The position numbers and the translations under genes were made by a program. Below, in pieces: positions 55,919-63,546 of a DNA stretch of 64,000 nucleotides (positions are counted from its first letter, which is position 1; each line of letters opens with the position of its first letter). The notes under the pieces were generated by a model. It was given only the letters and a program-made list of their open reading frames with translations, was not told the DNA's origin and made no database searches. Location: positions 52,742 to 116,741 of the IMG/VR virus record IMGVR_UViG_3300023184_000048; one strand, given 5' to 3'. This stretch comes from a virus.

Positions 55919-56068
55919 ATGTCTAAAATCTGTATCAATAATGAAGGTCTTGAAAAGTATTTGACAATCGGTAAGTCTTATACTATCCTAATGAAGTCTG
56001 AGACTCTTTATGAGATCTTAAATGATTTAGGTGTGAGAATGTTCATCGGAACTGAAAGATTTCAATAA
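55919..56068 (+). CDS. Hypothetical small protein (49 aa)
   Basis: CI.N.....YLT.GK.Y pattern. Confidence 0.65.
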   Translation: MSKICINNEGLEKYLTIGKSYTILMKSETLYEILNDLGVRMFIGTERFQ

Positions 56069-56093
56069 TTAAAAACTAGAATAAAATAACAAC

Positions 56094-56693
56094 ATGCAAA
56101 CCGTTAATATCGAAGATCTAAAAAGTAAAATCAATAAAGTTAAACAAACTATTGATGATGTAAAGAATTTTAAGAACATTAAGATTGGTTCTCGTCTAAT
56201 TTGGAAAGATAGTTGGAGTAATTGTGGTGTGGGTGAATATATTTTCACTTTTGTCGGAACCGGATATGTATTGGTAAACCTTGGAGAACATGGGGGTTAT
56301 TGGAGCTTTCCAATTGAGAATCGTGATGATGCCATCACTGGAATTATCAATCTAGAGTATGATGGAACCTTTAGACTTGTTGGTGATCCTCTTATTTCTG
56401 ACCTTGAAAAAGAATTGAAAGATCTTAAGGATCAACTTGAAGAAGCTCTCAATCCTAAAGATCTTAAATGTTCTGATGCTCCTGATGGTTGGTATGTTAT
56501 CAGTGGAAAAACATTTGATGGACTTTGGGCAAATAAGTCGATTCAAAAGGGTGATGTTGTCTTTATCAAAAATGGTATTGTCTTTATGAAAGATCACGGA
56601 AAGTTTTCTGATTCTCATGATCAGAATGAATATTGTATTGAGGGTCTTAGGAAAAGTGCATGGTATGGATATCTCGTTGAGAAACTCCCATGA
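56094..56693 (+). CDS. Hypothetical protein
   Basis: Cassette-N6-ATG. Confidence 0.75.
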   Translation: MQTVNIEDLKSKINKVKQTIDDVKNFKNIKIGSRLIWKDSWSNCGVGEYIFTFVGTGYVLVNLGEHGGYWSFPIENRDDAITGIINLEYDGTFRLVGDPLISDLEKELKDLKDQLEEALNPKDLKCSDAPDGWYVISGKTFDGLWANKSIQKGDVVFIKNGIVFMKDHGKFSDSHDQNEYCIEGLRKSAWYGYLVEKLP

Positions 56694-56863
56694 ATGTCAC
56701 TGAGTTTCAATCACTTAAAGATCTAAGCAATCTTATTCCTTGTAGGAAAGTTGCTTATGATAATTCTGAAGAGTTGAAGGTTTCATTATATGGTGAAAAG
56801 TTTAATGATCTATTAGCTTTCTATAAAGACCAATGGCACTACATCTCAACTATTAAAAACTAA
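56690..56863 (+). CDS. Hypothetical small protein (57 aa)
   Basis: ATGA overlap; ends IKN*. Confidence 0.6.
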   Translation: MNVTEFQSLKDLSNLIPCRKVAYDNSEELKVSLYGEKFNDLLAFYKDQWHYISTIKN

Positions 56864-56877
56864 ACTAAAATATTGAT

Positions 56878-57069
56878 ATGGAAACTCTTGAAGAAAAGTA
56901 TGAGGATTATACGGATGAAGAACTTTGTAAAGAATGGAATCGTCTGGAAACTTTGAAGTTATCCGATTGGGTCGAAACAAAGATGGATTATGTTGAATCA
57001 TTACTTAAGAGTAGAGGTGTGATTGCTTGGAATTATAAGGGTGAAATCACCCAAAGAGACAGAGATTAA
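56878..57069 (+). CDS. Hypothetical protein
   Basis: Cassette-N6-ATG. Confidence 0.75.
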   Translation: METLEEKYEDYTDEELCKEWNRLETLKLSDWVETKMDYVESLLKSRGVIAWNYKGEITQRDRD

Positions 57070-57093
57070 AAACTAGAATATAATACTACTATC

Positions 57094-57291
57094 ATGAAAC
57101 CATTTAATAAAAACGAACTTGAATCTTGTAAGACTATGGGTGATGCGTTTGATTTCTTTCGAAATATCGAAACTTCTGGTATTCAAAACTTTATCAAAGC
57201 CTTGGAAAATGCCAAAGAATATGTTGATATTACAATGAGGGATGAAAGTTTCCTTGGTTATGCTAAAGCTGAACTTCGTTATCGTTTATGA
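57094..57291 (+). CDS. Hypothetical protein
   Basis: Cassette-N9-ATG. Confidence 0.75.
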   Translation: MKPFNKNELESCKTMGDAFDFFRNIETSGIQNFIKALENAKEYVDITMRDESFLGYAKAELRYRL

Positions 57292-57473
57292 AATGTTTTA
57301 TCATTGTAATTTCTCCAACTGTTGATGGTTTGGATGTTCAAGAGTATCATGAACTTGCTACTCGTAAACAATTCAAATCTTATAAAGAAGCTTGGGATTA
57401 TACTTCTTTCTATGCTGAAAGTGTGAGGGATCGGGTGATTATTGTTGAGTGTCACCTTGGTCTTACCTATTAA
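57288..57473 (+). CDS. Hypothetical protein
   Basis: ATGA overlap. Confidence 0.7.
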   Translation: MKCFIIVISPTVDGLDVQEYHELATRKQFKSYKEAWDYTSFYAESVRDRVIIVECHLGLTY

Positions 57474-57497
57474 ATTAAAAATAAACAAAACAAAAAT

Positions 57498-57809
57498 ATG
57501 AAAACTGTTGTAAAAACTCTAGTGCCTTCCGATCAAACTCTTGTTGAAGATGTCAACGAGCGTAAATATTATGGATTTATGCTTGCTCATAGTTCTCCCG
57601 GACTGATTATTAAAGATAATTATCATGGCGAGGCGAAATATATGAGTATGTTTTTCTTTGATATCACAAGAGGTAATAAGTGGGGCAGGTCTTCGACTCT
57701 GAAAGAATGTATCAATCATCTTCTTTCTCATGATAATAAACATAATCCACCACAAGTATTTGAATTTAATACTTATAAAGAATTATTCAAATGGGCTTCA
57801 GAGCAATGA
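57498..57809 (+). CDS. Hypothetical protein
   Basis: ORF track. Confidence 0.7.
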   Translation: MKTVVKTLVPSDQTLVEDVNERKYYGFMLAHSSPGLIIKDNYHGEAKYMSMFFFDITRGNKWGRSSTLKECINHLLSHDNKHNPPQVFEFNTYKELFKWASEQ

Positions 57810-57834
57810 TTAAAAACTAGGTTACAATAATGAC

Positions 57835-58389
57835 ATGATGAAAGAAAAGATCCTTGCTAAAGTCGAAGAAAGTTTTCTTAAAGCCGAAGCTTATTATGGT
57901 CGCACTTTTCCAAGACCTAATGTTATCTTTAAAAGGAATGGAACTTGTGCTGGTTATGCTACAAGAGATTGTAAGACTCTGATGTTTCAACTGGATCTTG
58001 CGGAACATCATGAAGAGGATTTTATCCTTAACACTGTCCCGCATGAAGTTGCTCACAATATCCAATTTCATCTTTATCCTCGGAGTAAGGGTCATGGATA
58101 TGAATGGAAAAGTATCATGACAAGGGTTATGCGTATTCCTGCGGATCGTTGCCATTCTTATGATACAAGTGTTACTAAGACTAAAAAGCAAGGGACTCAT
58201 ACTTATACTTGTGGATGCAATACCATCTTTAATCTGTCAACCACTCTTCATAATAAGATTCTCAAGGGTCAAAATCGTCGGTGTCTGAAGTGTCATAGTC
58301 GTATCTTTCTCAAGTCTGATACTGCTGAAAGTCTCTTGAAACAAATGGAAGAGATTCAAAACAAACTTAACAATAAAAAAGTATCATGA
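57835..58389 (+). CDS. sprT: SprT-like zinc metalloprotease
   Basis: G.CAG.A, TVPHEVAH, GHG.EWK.IM, YTCGC...CLKC. Confidence 0.9.
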   Translation: MMKEKILAKVEESFLKAEAYYGRTFPRPNVIFKRNGTCAGYATRDCKTLMFQLDLAEHHEEDFILNTVPHEVAHNIQFHLYPRSKGHGYEWKSIMTRVMRIPADRCHSYDTSVTKTKKQGTHTYTCGCNTIFNLSTTLHNKILKGQNRRCLKCHSRIFLKSDTAESLLKQMEEIQNKLNNKKVS

Positions 58390-58547
58390 AAACTTGGGTA
58401 AAGGCTGGTAAACATGGTTGGATTGATGTTGATGATACTAAATTCATTGATATTAGCGAAGATATGTATGGGAGGGATGAATATACCTTCGAATACAAAG
58501 GTGAAGAATATACCTCAAATGTTGTGAGTGGCTCTCGACCGGGATAA
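58386..58547 (+). CDS. Hypothetical small protein (53 aa)
   Basis: ATGA overlap. Confidence 0.65.
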   Translation: MKTWVKAGKHGWIDVDDTKFIDISEDMYGRDEYTFEYKGEEYTSNVVSGSRPG

Positions 58548-58577
58548 ATTCATTAAAAACTAAAGTAATATACTCAT

Positions 58578-58985
58578 ATGTTCAAAGCCACACAAAATAA
58601 AGGATTCTGTATTAAATTTGAAAATGGTATAGAAGTATCAATCCAATTTGGAAATGGTAATTATTGCGAAAATCGTTCCAAGGAGAATAATAATGTTATT
58701 ACTTCTTGTGTGAATGCCGAAGTAATGGCTTATGATGAAGATCATAATGTTATTCTTGAACCTCAAGGATGGAAAACTCCTGAAGAAGTATTAGAATTGT
58801 TGAATGATCTTTCATCCCGTATGAGTAAGAAGGAAAAATACCTTAATGAAATTTGGCATAAGGGTTATGATCAAGGTGAGAATGCCAATGATTATAAAGA
58901 TATTATAAATCCTTATAATGAAGAGGATGAAGAACATGGTTCCTTTGCATCTGGTGTATATTCTGGATGGAAGGATAACAATTAA
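58578..58985 (+). CDS. Conserved phage hypothetical protein
   Basis: KGF.I.FENG..VSIQFG.GNYC.N..AEV. Confidence 0.8.
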   Translation: MFKATQNKGFCIKFENGIEVSIQFGNGNYCENRSKENNNVITSCVNAEVMAYDEDHNVILEPQGWKTPEEVLELLNDLSSRMSKKEKYLNEIWHKGYDQGENANDYKDIINPYNEEDEEHGSFASGVYSGWKDNN

Positions 58986-59006
58986 AAACTAAAGTAAAAT
59001 AAACGT

Positions 59007-59333
59007 ATGACAAGTCCTGAAGTTCTGGTAAAGATTAAACTTTCAATCGATGGTATTATTGAAAAAAGATTTAATACTTGTGAAGAGGCATGGGCATGGG
59101 AAAGAGAAATTAAACGTTATCATACTCACAGGAGAAGTATTAAGGATAGACAATTTGTATGGTGGTCATTTTATGTTGGATGCACTTGTCGTGGCAATAC
59201 TTATGGTGGTTATCTTAGAGGAAGTGAATATTCTCGCGGTGCTGAAAGTCTTGAAATGTCCAAAGTATCTGAAAGATACATTGCTAGTAAAAGAAGTAAT
59301 TGGACCTACCCAAGTGAATTGATTAAAAACTAA
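59007..59333 (+). CDS. Hypothetical protein
   Basis: Cassette-N6-ATG. Confidence 0.7.
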   Translation: MTSPEVLVKIKLSIDGIIEKRFNTCEEAWAWEREIKRYHTHRRSIKDRQFVWWSFYVGCTCRGNTYGGYLRGSEYSRGAESLEMSKVSERYIASKRSNWTYPSELIKN

Positions 59334-59347
59334 AGTAAAATAATCTT

Positions 59348-59605
59348 ATGAAAACCACTGAAATGATTCTTCCTACTTGGATGGCTTCAAGTCTTATTAA
59401 TGGAGATATGTCTGGAACCAATGATGAAGAAGCTGATAAAATTGATGATCTTCTTCTTTATGTGAATGAACATAATCTTGGTGAATGTGTGGATGTTTCG
59501 GATGATTCTAGTTTCTATAATCGTCCTCCTATTGATAGTATTTTAGCCTATGGCGAAACATTGGGTGGTGATTATTCGACTTATACTTTTCTCAGCAATG
59601 GTTGA
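59348..59605 (+). CDS. Conserved phage hypothetical protein
   Basis: LP.W.AS.LINGD.SG..DEE. Confidence 0.75.
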   Translation: MKTTEMILPTWMASSLINGDMSGTNDEEADKIDDLLLYVNEHNLGECVDVSDDSSFYNRPPIDSILAYGETLGGDYSTYTFLSNG

Positions 59606-59648
59606 GTTGAATGATTGAATTGATTAAAAACTAAAGTAAAATAAACGT

Positions 59649-59954
59649 ATGACAAAGGATCAACAAAACGCTATCAACTTTAAGAATGAGTGCAATCAAC
59701 TCGGATGGAACTATAATGTTCATGGTTCCATCGTGACTATCACTAAAAGTTTTACTCCCGGTGATAAGAATGGTTTTTGCGACTGTGATGGTGAATACTA
59801 TTCAATTCTTTCTCTTGCACCTTTAAAGGGTGGAAGTATCTGGGGAACTGATGGTGGTGGTATTGGTGGAATGTCTGCACTTAATTCTGGATTCTTTAAG
59901 ATGAATAAGTCCGGTAGTGGTAAAAGATTCCTTAATGAGTTGGCCAAACTCTGA
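59649..59954 (+). CDS. Conserved phage hypothetical protein
   Basis: Cassette-N6-ATG; GSIWGTDGGG.GG. Confidence 0.75.
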   Translation: MTKDQQNAINFKNECNQLGWNYNVHGSIVTITKSFTPGDKNGFCDCDGEYYSILSLAPLKGGSIWGTDGGGIGGMSALNSGFFKMNKSGSGKRFLNELAKL

Positions 59955-59983
59955 TTGATTAAAAACTAAAATATAATAAACGT

Positions 59984-60223
59984 ATGAGCAACAAGAACAT
60001 CGCTAAACTCTGGATCAATCAAACTAAACCCTTTGCCAAAGGTTCAAACTTTTTCTTCGAGGGAACTAAGATTTATTCTTATGGTTATCATTTTCTAATC
60101 GCTGAAATCGTTGGTGATAAAGTTATCTTTAATACTGAAAAGTATTCACAATCAACTTCCAAACATCAAAGTATTGTAAAAATGGCAATCTCTGGAAGTG
60201 GATTGACCTTGGAATATAAGTAA
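59984..60223 (+). CDS. Conserved phage hypothetical protein
   Basis: IYSYG.HF.IA..YS.STSKHQS. Confidence 0.75.
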   Translation: MSNKNIAKLWINQTKPFAKGSNFFFEGTKIYSYGYHFLIAEIVGDKVIFNTEKYSQSTSKHQSIVKMAISGSGLTLEYK

Positions 60224-60284
60224 TAAACCTCAAAAACAAGAGGGAATATTCATTAAAAACTAGGTTAAAATATAAACGTAACCA

Positions 60285-60515
60285 ATGACAAGTAACCTTT
60301 CAAATAAAATCGCCAAAAGTATTAGTAATCTCTCTCCAATGGAAAGGGATAAAATCATCCAAAGCATTCAAAGAATGAATGGAAAGATTACCTATTCCAA
60401 TCAGGATTTTGACAATGAACAATATCTGTCACAAGATTTGTATAAAGCTTGCAAAGACGATCAACCTTTAATGTATGAGGATACCGAACAAAGTATCTAT
60501 GGATTTGCAAAGTAA
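60285..60515 (+). CDS. Hypothetical protein
   Basis: ORF after a cassette. Confidence 0.7.
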   Translation: MTSNLSNKIAKSISNLSPMERDKIIQSIQRMNGKITYSNQDFDNEQYLSQDLYKACKDDQPLMYEDTEQSIYGFAK

Positions 60516-60546
60516 TCTCCATTAAAAACTAAAGTAAAATACTTAC

Positions 60547-60696
60547 ATGAACATCTTCGAAACCTATCTAAAGTTTACTGATCGTAATGGTAATGAGACT
60601 TTTGTTTCAATCTATCAGTATACTCAAGAGCATCAAGATACCTATCAAGATGATATGTCTGAGGTTCTTTTTAACTCTGAATTTGAGCCAATTTGA
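60547..60696 (+). CDS. Hypothetical small protein (49 aa)
   Basis: Cassette-N6-ATG. Confidence 0.65.
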   Translation: MNIFETYLKFTDRNGNETFVSIYQYTQEHQDTYQDDMSEVLFNSEFEPI

Positions 60697-60762
60697 GCAA
60701 TAATCTGCTCAAAATACATAATAATGACCTAAAGTGAGCAACTTTCTGCTCAAAATAATAAT
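60693..60762. repeat. Two dyads TGAGCA-N6-TGCTCA-AAATA, 41 nt apart
   Basis: 60694-60711 and 60735-60752. Confidence 0.75.
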
Positions 60763-60863
60763 GTGTAAAGTTCATGAAACCCTTATAAAACAAGGAAAGT
60801 AATGATAGAGATAAGGGAATAGCAAGAAAGATACATTAAAAACTAGATTAGAATATACTTACG

Positions 60864-61406
60864 ATGAAACCAATTACAAATTTGTTGAATGAAGTTGAAT
60901 TTAATAAACTTACACGTAATCAAAAACGTGTAAAGATTGCAGAAGATGTGATTTTTCGTATCTTTGCTGAAAATCTTATCGAAAGTAATGGTAGTATTCT
61001 TGGAGGTAATATTAAAGAAATTGTCGAGGAAGTTCCTCTGAAAGAAGCTATTAATAATACTTCATGTGAAGTATGTGCAAGAGGTGCAATTATGTGTTCT
61101 TGGATTGGTAATTTTAATAAAGTTACTTGGAATGATATTGATCCTTTATATCGTAGAATGATTGATTATAGTTCCAAAGGTTTCCCCCCACAATTACTCG
61201 AAGTATTTGATCAGGAAATGCTTGACAATATTGAAGCAGCATTTGAGCATTCTACTTTCGAATGGCATTATGATCACAATGAAACACAAAAGTATGTGGA
61301 TGCTTTTGAAAGATATGATGATGAAGAGGATGAATACATTGGAACTCCCATTGTTTTACTCATGGAATGGATCATCAAGAACAATGGTGATTTTCCCCTC
61401 CCATAA
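60864..61406 (+). CDS. Hypothetical protein
   Basis: Cassette-N9-ATG; C.VCA.GA motif. Confidence 0.75.
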   Translation: MKPITNLLNEVEFNKLTRNQKRVKIAEDVIFRIFAENLIESNGSILGGNIKEIVEEVPLKEAINNTSCEVCARGAIMCSWIGNFNKVTWNDIDPLYRRMIDYSSKGFPPQLLEVFDQEMLDNIEAAFEHSTFEWHYDHNETQKYVDAFERYDDEEDEYIGTPIVLLMEWIIKNNGDFPLP

Positions 61407-61440
61407 CAATCATTAAAAACTAGGTTAAAATATTACTATC

Positions 61441-61572
61441 ATGAAAACAAACGGATTCACACTATTGGAATTGATTCTTGGAATCTTTATTGGTTTGGTC
61501 GGAATTACAGTTATCTTGTATGTCATTACATGGATCATAGTTCTTTATCACTTCATTACCAAATTCTGGTGA
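61441..61572 (+). CDS. 43-aa prepilin-like peptide (class III signal, GFTLLEL)
   Basis: MKTNG|FTLLELILGIFIGLVGITVILYVITWIIVLYHFITKFW; cassette-N9-ATG. Confidence 0.75.
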   Translation: MKTNGFTLLELILGIFIGLVGITVILYVITWIIVLYHFITKFW

Positions 61573-61603
61573 TCATTAAAAACTAGGTTAAAATACTACT
61601 ATC

Positions 61604-61810
61604 ATGAAGCTCAAACAATACATCGGTAATACAATCTACATCGTCAATGATAACTATTTTGCTGATGGATTCTTTGGAAAACTTGATATCATTCAAAGTA
61701 GATCGGGAGAGTTCTATAATTATCTTGTCAATGGTGTTCAATTCTTTGATAGTGATATTATCAATATTGACAACGAATGTGTTGGTGATATACTTGTGAC
61801 TCTGAAGTAA
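61604..61810 (+). CDS. Hypothetical protein
   Basis: Cassette-N9-ATG. Confidence 0.75.
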   Translation: MKLKQYIGNTIYIVNDNYFADGFFGKLDIIQSRSGEFYNYLVNGVQFFDSDIINIDNECVGDILVTLK

Positions 61811-61820
61811 TACTTATAAA

Positions 61821-61897
61821 GGACATGTAGCTCAGTCGGATAGAGCAAAAATTTTCTAAATTTTAGGTCATTGGTTCGATCCCAATCATGTCCACCA
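61821..61897 (+). tRNA. tRNA-Arg(UCU)
   Basis: GGACATG/CATGTCC acceptor, GCTC/GAGC D stem, AAAAT-TTTCTAA-ATTTT anticodon arm, ATTGG-TTCGATC-CCAAT, encoded CCA. Confidence 0.92.
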
Positions 61898-61937
61898 ATT
61901 TTCAAATCATTAAAAACTAGATTAAAATACTACTATC

Positions 61938-62558
61938 ATGAATATCGAAACTAATAACTCTTGTAACTCTTGTAACTCTTGTAACTCTTGTAACTATTGT
62001 GACTATTGTGACTCTTGTGACTCTTGTAACTATTGTGACTATTGTGACTCTTGTTACTATTGTTACTCTTGTGACTCTTGTGACTCTTGTAACTCTTGTA
62101 ACTCTTGTAACTCTTGTAACTCTTGTGACTCTTGTAACTATTGTGACTCTTGTGACTCTTGTGACTCTTGTTACCCTTGTTACTATTCAAAAAATCTTAA
62201 AATGACTGAATACAACACATTTTGTTGGTCTGAACAATACAATGATGATAAGTCATTCCAACAAAAACGTTATCGTATCTTTAATAAAGAGTATTCAAAA
62301 TCTGCATACGTAAAAATTACATCAAAGATTGAATCCATTATTCCTAATCCCAATAAACTGAAGTTATCAGAGTTTTGGAAAAAGATCACTCAGGATCAAA
62401 TCAAATCTATCATGAATATTGAAGATCTTGAATTTGATGTGGAAGGTTTTGAATATATCACTGGAATCAAGGTTCAAAAAGAACTTAGTGAAGTTGAAAA
62501 AGCTATTCAACTTTTGACCGAAAAAGGATTACTGAAGGATGGAAAGGTTCTCTTATAA
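61938..62558 (+). CDS. Cys-rich tripeptide-repeat protein
   Basis: 25 x-x-C units, then YRIFNK-type domain seen in phage repeat proteins. Confidence 0.8.
   Translation: MNIETNNSCNSCNSCNSCNYCDYCDSCDSCNYCDYCDSCYYCYSCDSCDSCNSCNSCNSCNSCDSCNYCDSCDSCDSCYPCYYSKNLKMTEYNTFCWSEQYNDDKSFQQKRYRIFNKEYSKSAYVKITSKIESIIPNPNKLKLSEFWKKITQDQIKSIMNIEDLEFDVEGFEYITGIKVQKELSEVEKAIQLLTEKGLLKDGKVLL
61956..62180 (+). repeat. 25 x 9-bp tandem repeat (AAC/GAC/TAC)(TCT/TAT)TGT
   Basis: Direct reading of the sequence. Confidence 0.95.
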
Positions 62559-62571
62559 ATTATAATACTCC

Positions 62572-62671
62572 CATTCTCAATAAGGATTAATTATTGATTG
62601 TTAACCCTAGAGCAAAACAACTTTATTTGTTGTAGGTATAAGGAATGATATAAATGTCCTTATTGAGAATG
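62572..62671 (+). ncRNA. Candidate small RNA: perfect 15-bp terminal stem enclosing hairpins
   Basis: CATTCTCAATAAGGA/TCCTTATTGAGAATG; ACAAC-N7-GTTGT; TATAAT at 62561-62566 places the start at the stem. Confidence 0.6.
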
Positions 62672-62704
62672 ATTGATTAAAAACTAGATTAAAATACTCA
62701 TATC

Positions 62705-62872
62705 ATGAACGGTTACAAAGCATTTTACAAAGGAAAGTCAATCGAAATTTATGCCAATACTTCTTATGGGGCGCAACAATTAGCAGCAAAACAATTCAAG
62801 GCTAAAAAGTCTTACGATGTGACAGTCGTTCTTTGTGAGAAAGGAGAAGAGCAAGTGTTTCATACTGCCTGA
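62705..62872 (+). CDS. Conserved small phage protein (55 aa)
   Basis: MNGY.AFYKGK..E.YA.TSY.AQ..AA..FK.KK. Confidence 0.75.
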   Translation: MNGYKAFYKGKSIEIYANTSYGAQQLAAKQFKAKKSYDVTVVLCEKGEEQVFHTA

Positions 62873-62883
62873 TTGAATAACTT

Positions 62884-62951
62884 TCAGATTAAGGACATTT
62901 CATCTTGACATTACCACTGAGATATGTTAATATTGAATGTCCTTAATCTGA
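62884..62951 (+). promoter_or_regulatory. Canonical sigma70 promoter (TTGACA-N17-TAATAT) enclosed by a perfect 16-bp inverted repeat
   Basis: TCAGATTAAGGACATT (62884-62899)/AATGTCCTTAATCTGA (62936-62951); -35 at 62905, -10 at 62928. Confidence 0.7.
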
Positions 62952-63017
62952 CTAATCGGGGAGAAGGATAATGATATTTATTTAATCAATCAGTTATGAT
63001 TTAAAACATAAACTAAT

Positions 63018-63092
63018 TGTCCCGTAGCTGAGAGGTTTTAGCACTTTCTTTATAAGGGAGAGACGTGGTTTCGATTACCACCGGGACTACCA
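63018..63092 (+). tRNA. tRNA-Ile(UAU), with non-canonical U1-U72 and U53-A61
   Basis: GTCCCG/CGGGAC, GCTG/TAGC, CTTTC-TTTATAA-GGGAG, GTGGT-TTCGATT-ACCAC, encoded CCA. Confidence 0.8.
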
Positions 63093-63129
63093 TTTTATTC
63101 ATTAAAAACTAGATTAGAATACACTTACA

Positions 63130-63300
63130 ATGAACTACAAAATTACAAATATTGATTGGGATACTGATGGAAACGTGGAAGATTTCAATTCACTTCCACA
63201 AGAAGTTATTGTAAGTGTTGCTGATGAGGATGATATTGCTGATGCACTTTCTGATGCTTATGGATGGTGTGTCAAGTCTTTTGAATCCACCCCAGCCTAA
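63130..63300 (+). CDS. Conserved small acidic phage protein (56 aa)
   Basis: YKITNI.WDTDG...LP..V...D.IAD.LSD.YGWCV.SF. Confidence 0.75.
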   Translation: MNYKITNIDWDTDGNVEDFNSLPQEVIVSVADEDDIADALSDAYGWCVKSFESTPA

Positions 63301-63325
63301 TTAAAAACTAGATTAGAATAAGCGT

Positions 63326-63532
63326 ATGAAAGATCCTATTGAAGCTATTCGATTCGCTGGTTTTAGTCTTAAATTTGCTGAAGAAGTATTGATCAAAGCT
63401 CAAAATAAGGCCAATGAATCAGGCGAGAATGTTTACATCTGTCTTGATTACAGGAGTATCTATTATGTTTATCATTCCTTTCTCACAATGTCTGATGATG
63501 TAATCACCCACGTTGAACCAATTAAAAACTAG
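63326..63532 (+). CDS. Hypothetical protein
   Basis: Cassette-N6-ATG; ends IKN*. Confidence 0.75.
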   Translation: MKDPIEAIRFAGFSLKFAEEVLIKAQNKANESGENVYICLDYRSIYYVYHSFLTMSDDVITHVEPIKN

Positions 63533-63546
63533 ATTAGAATACTTTC

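Noticed and set aside
61956-62180. Diversity-generating retroelement (variation mostly at A positions of AACTATTGT)
   Set aside because: No reverse transcriptase or TR/VR pair in the window; tandem slippage explains it
61951-62205. ORFs 61951..62190(-) and 61999..62205(+)
   Set aside because: Alternative-frame shadows of the 9-bp repeat
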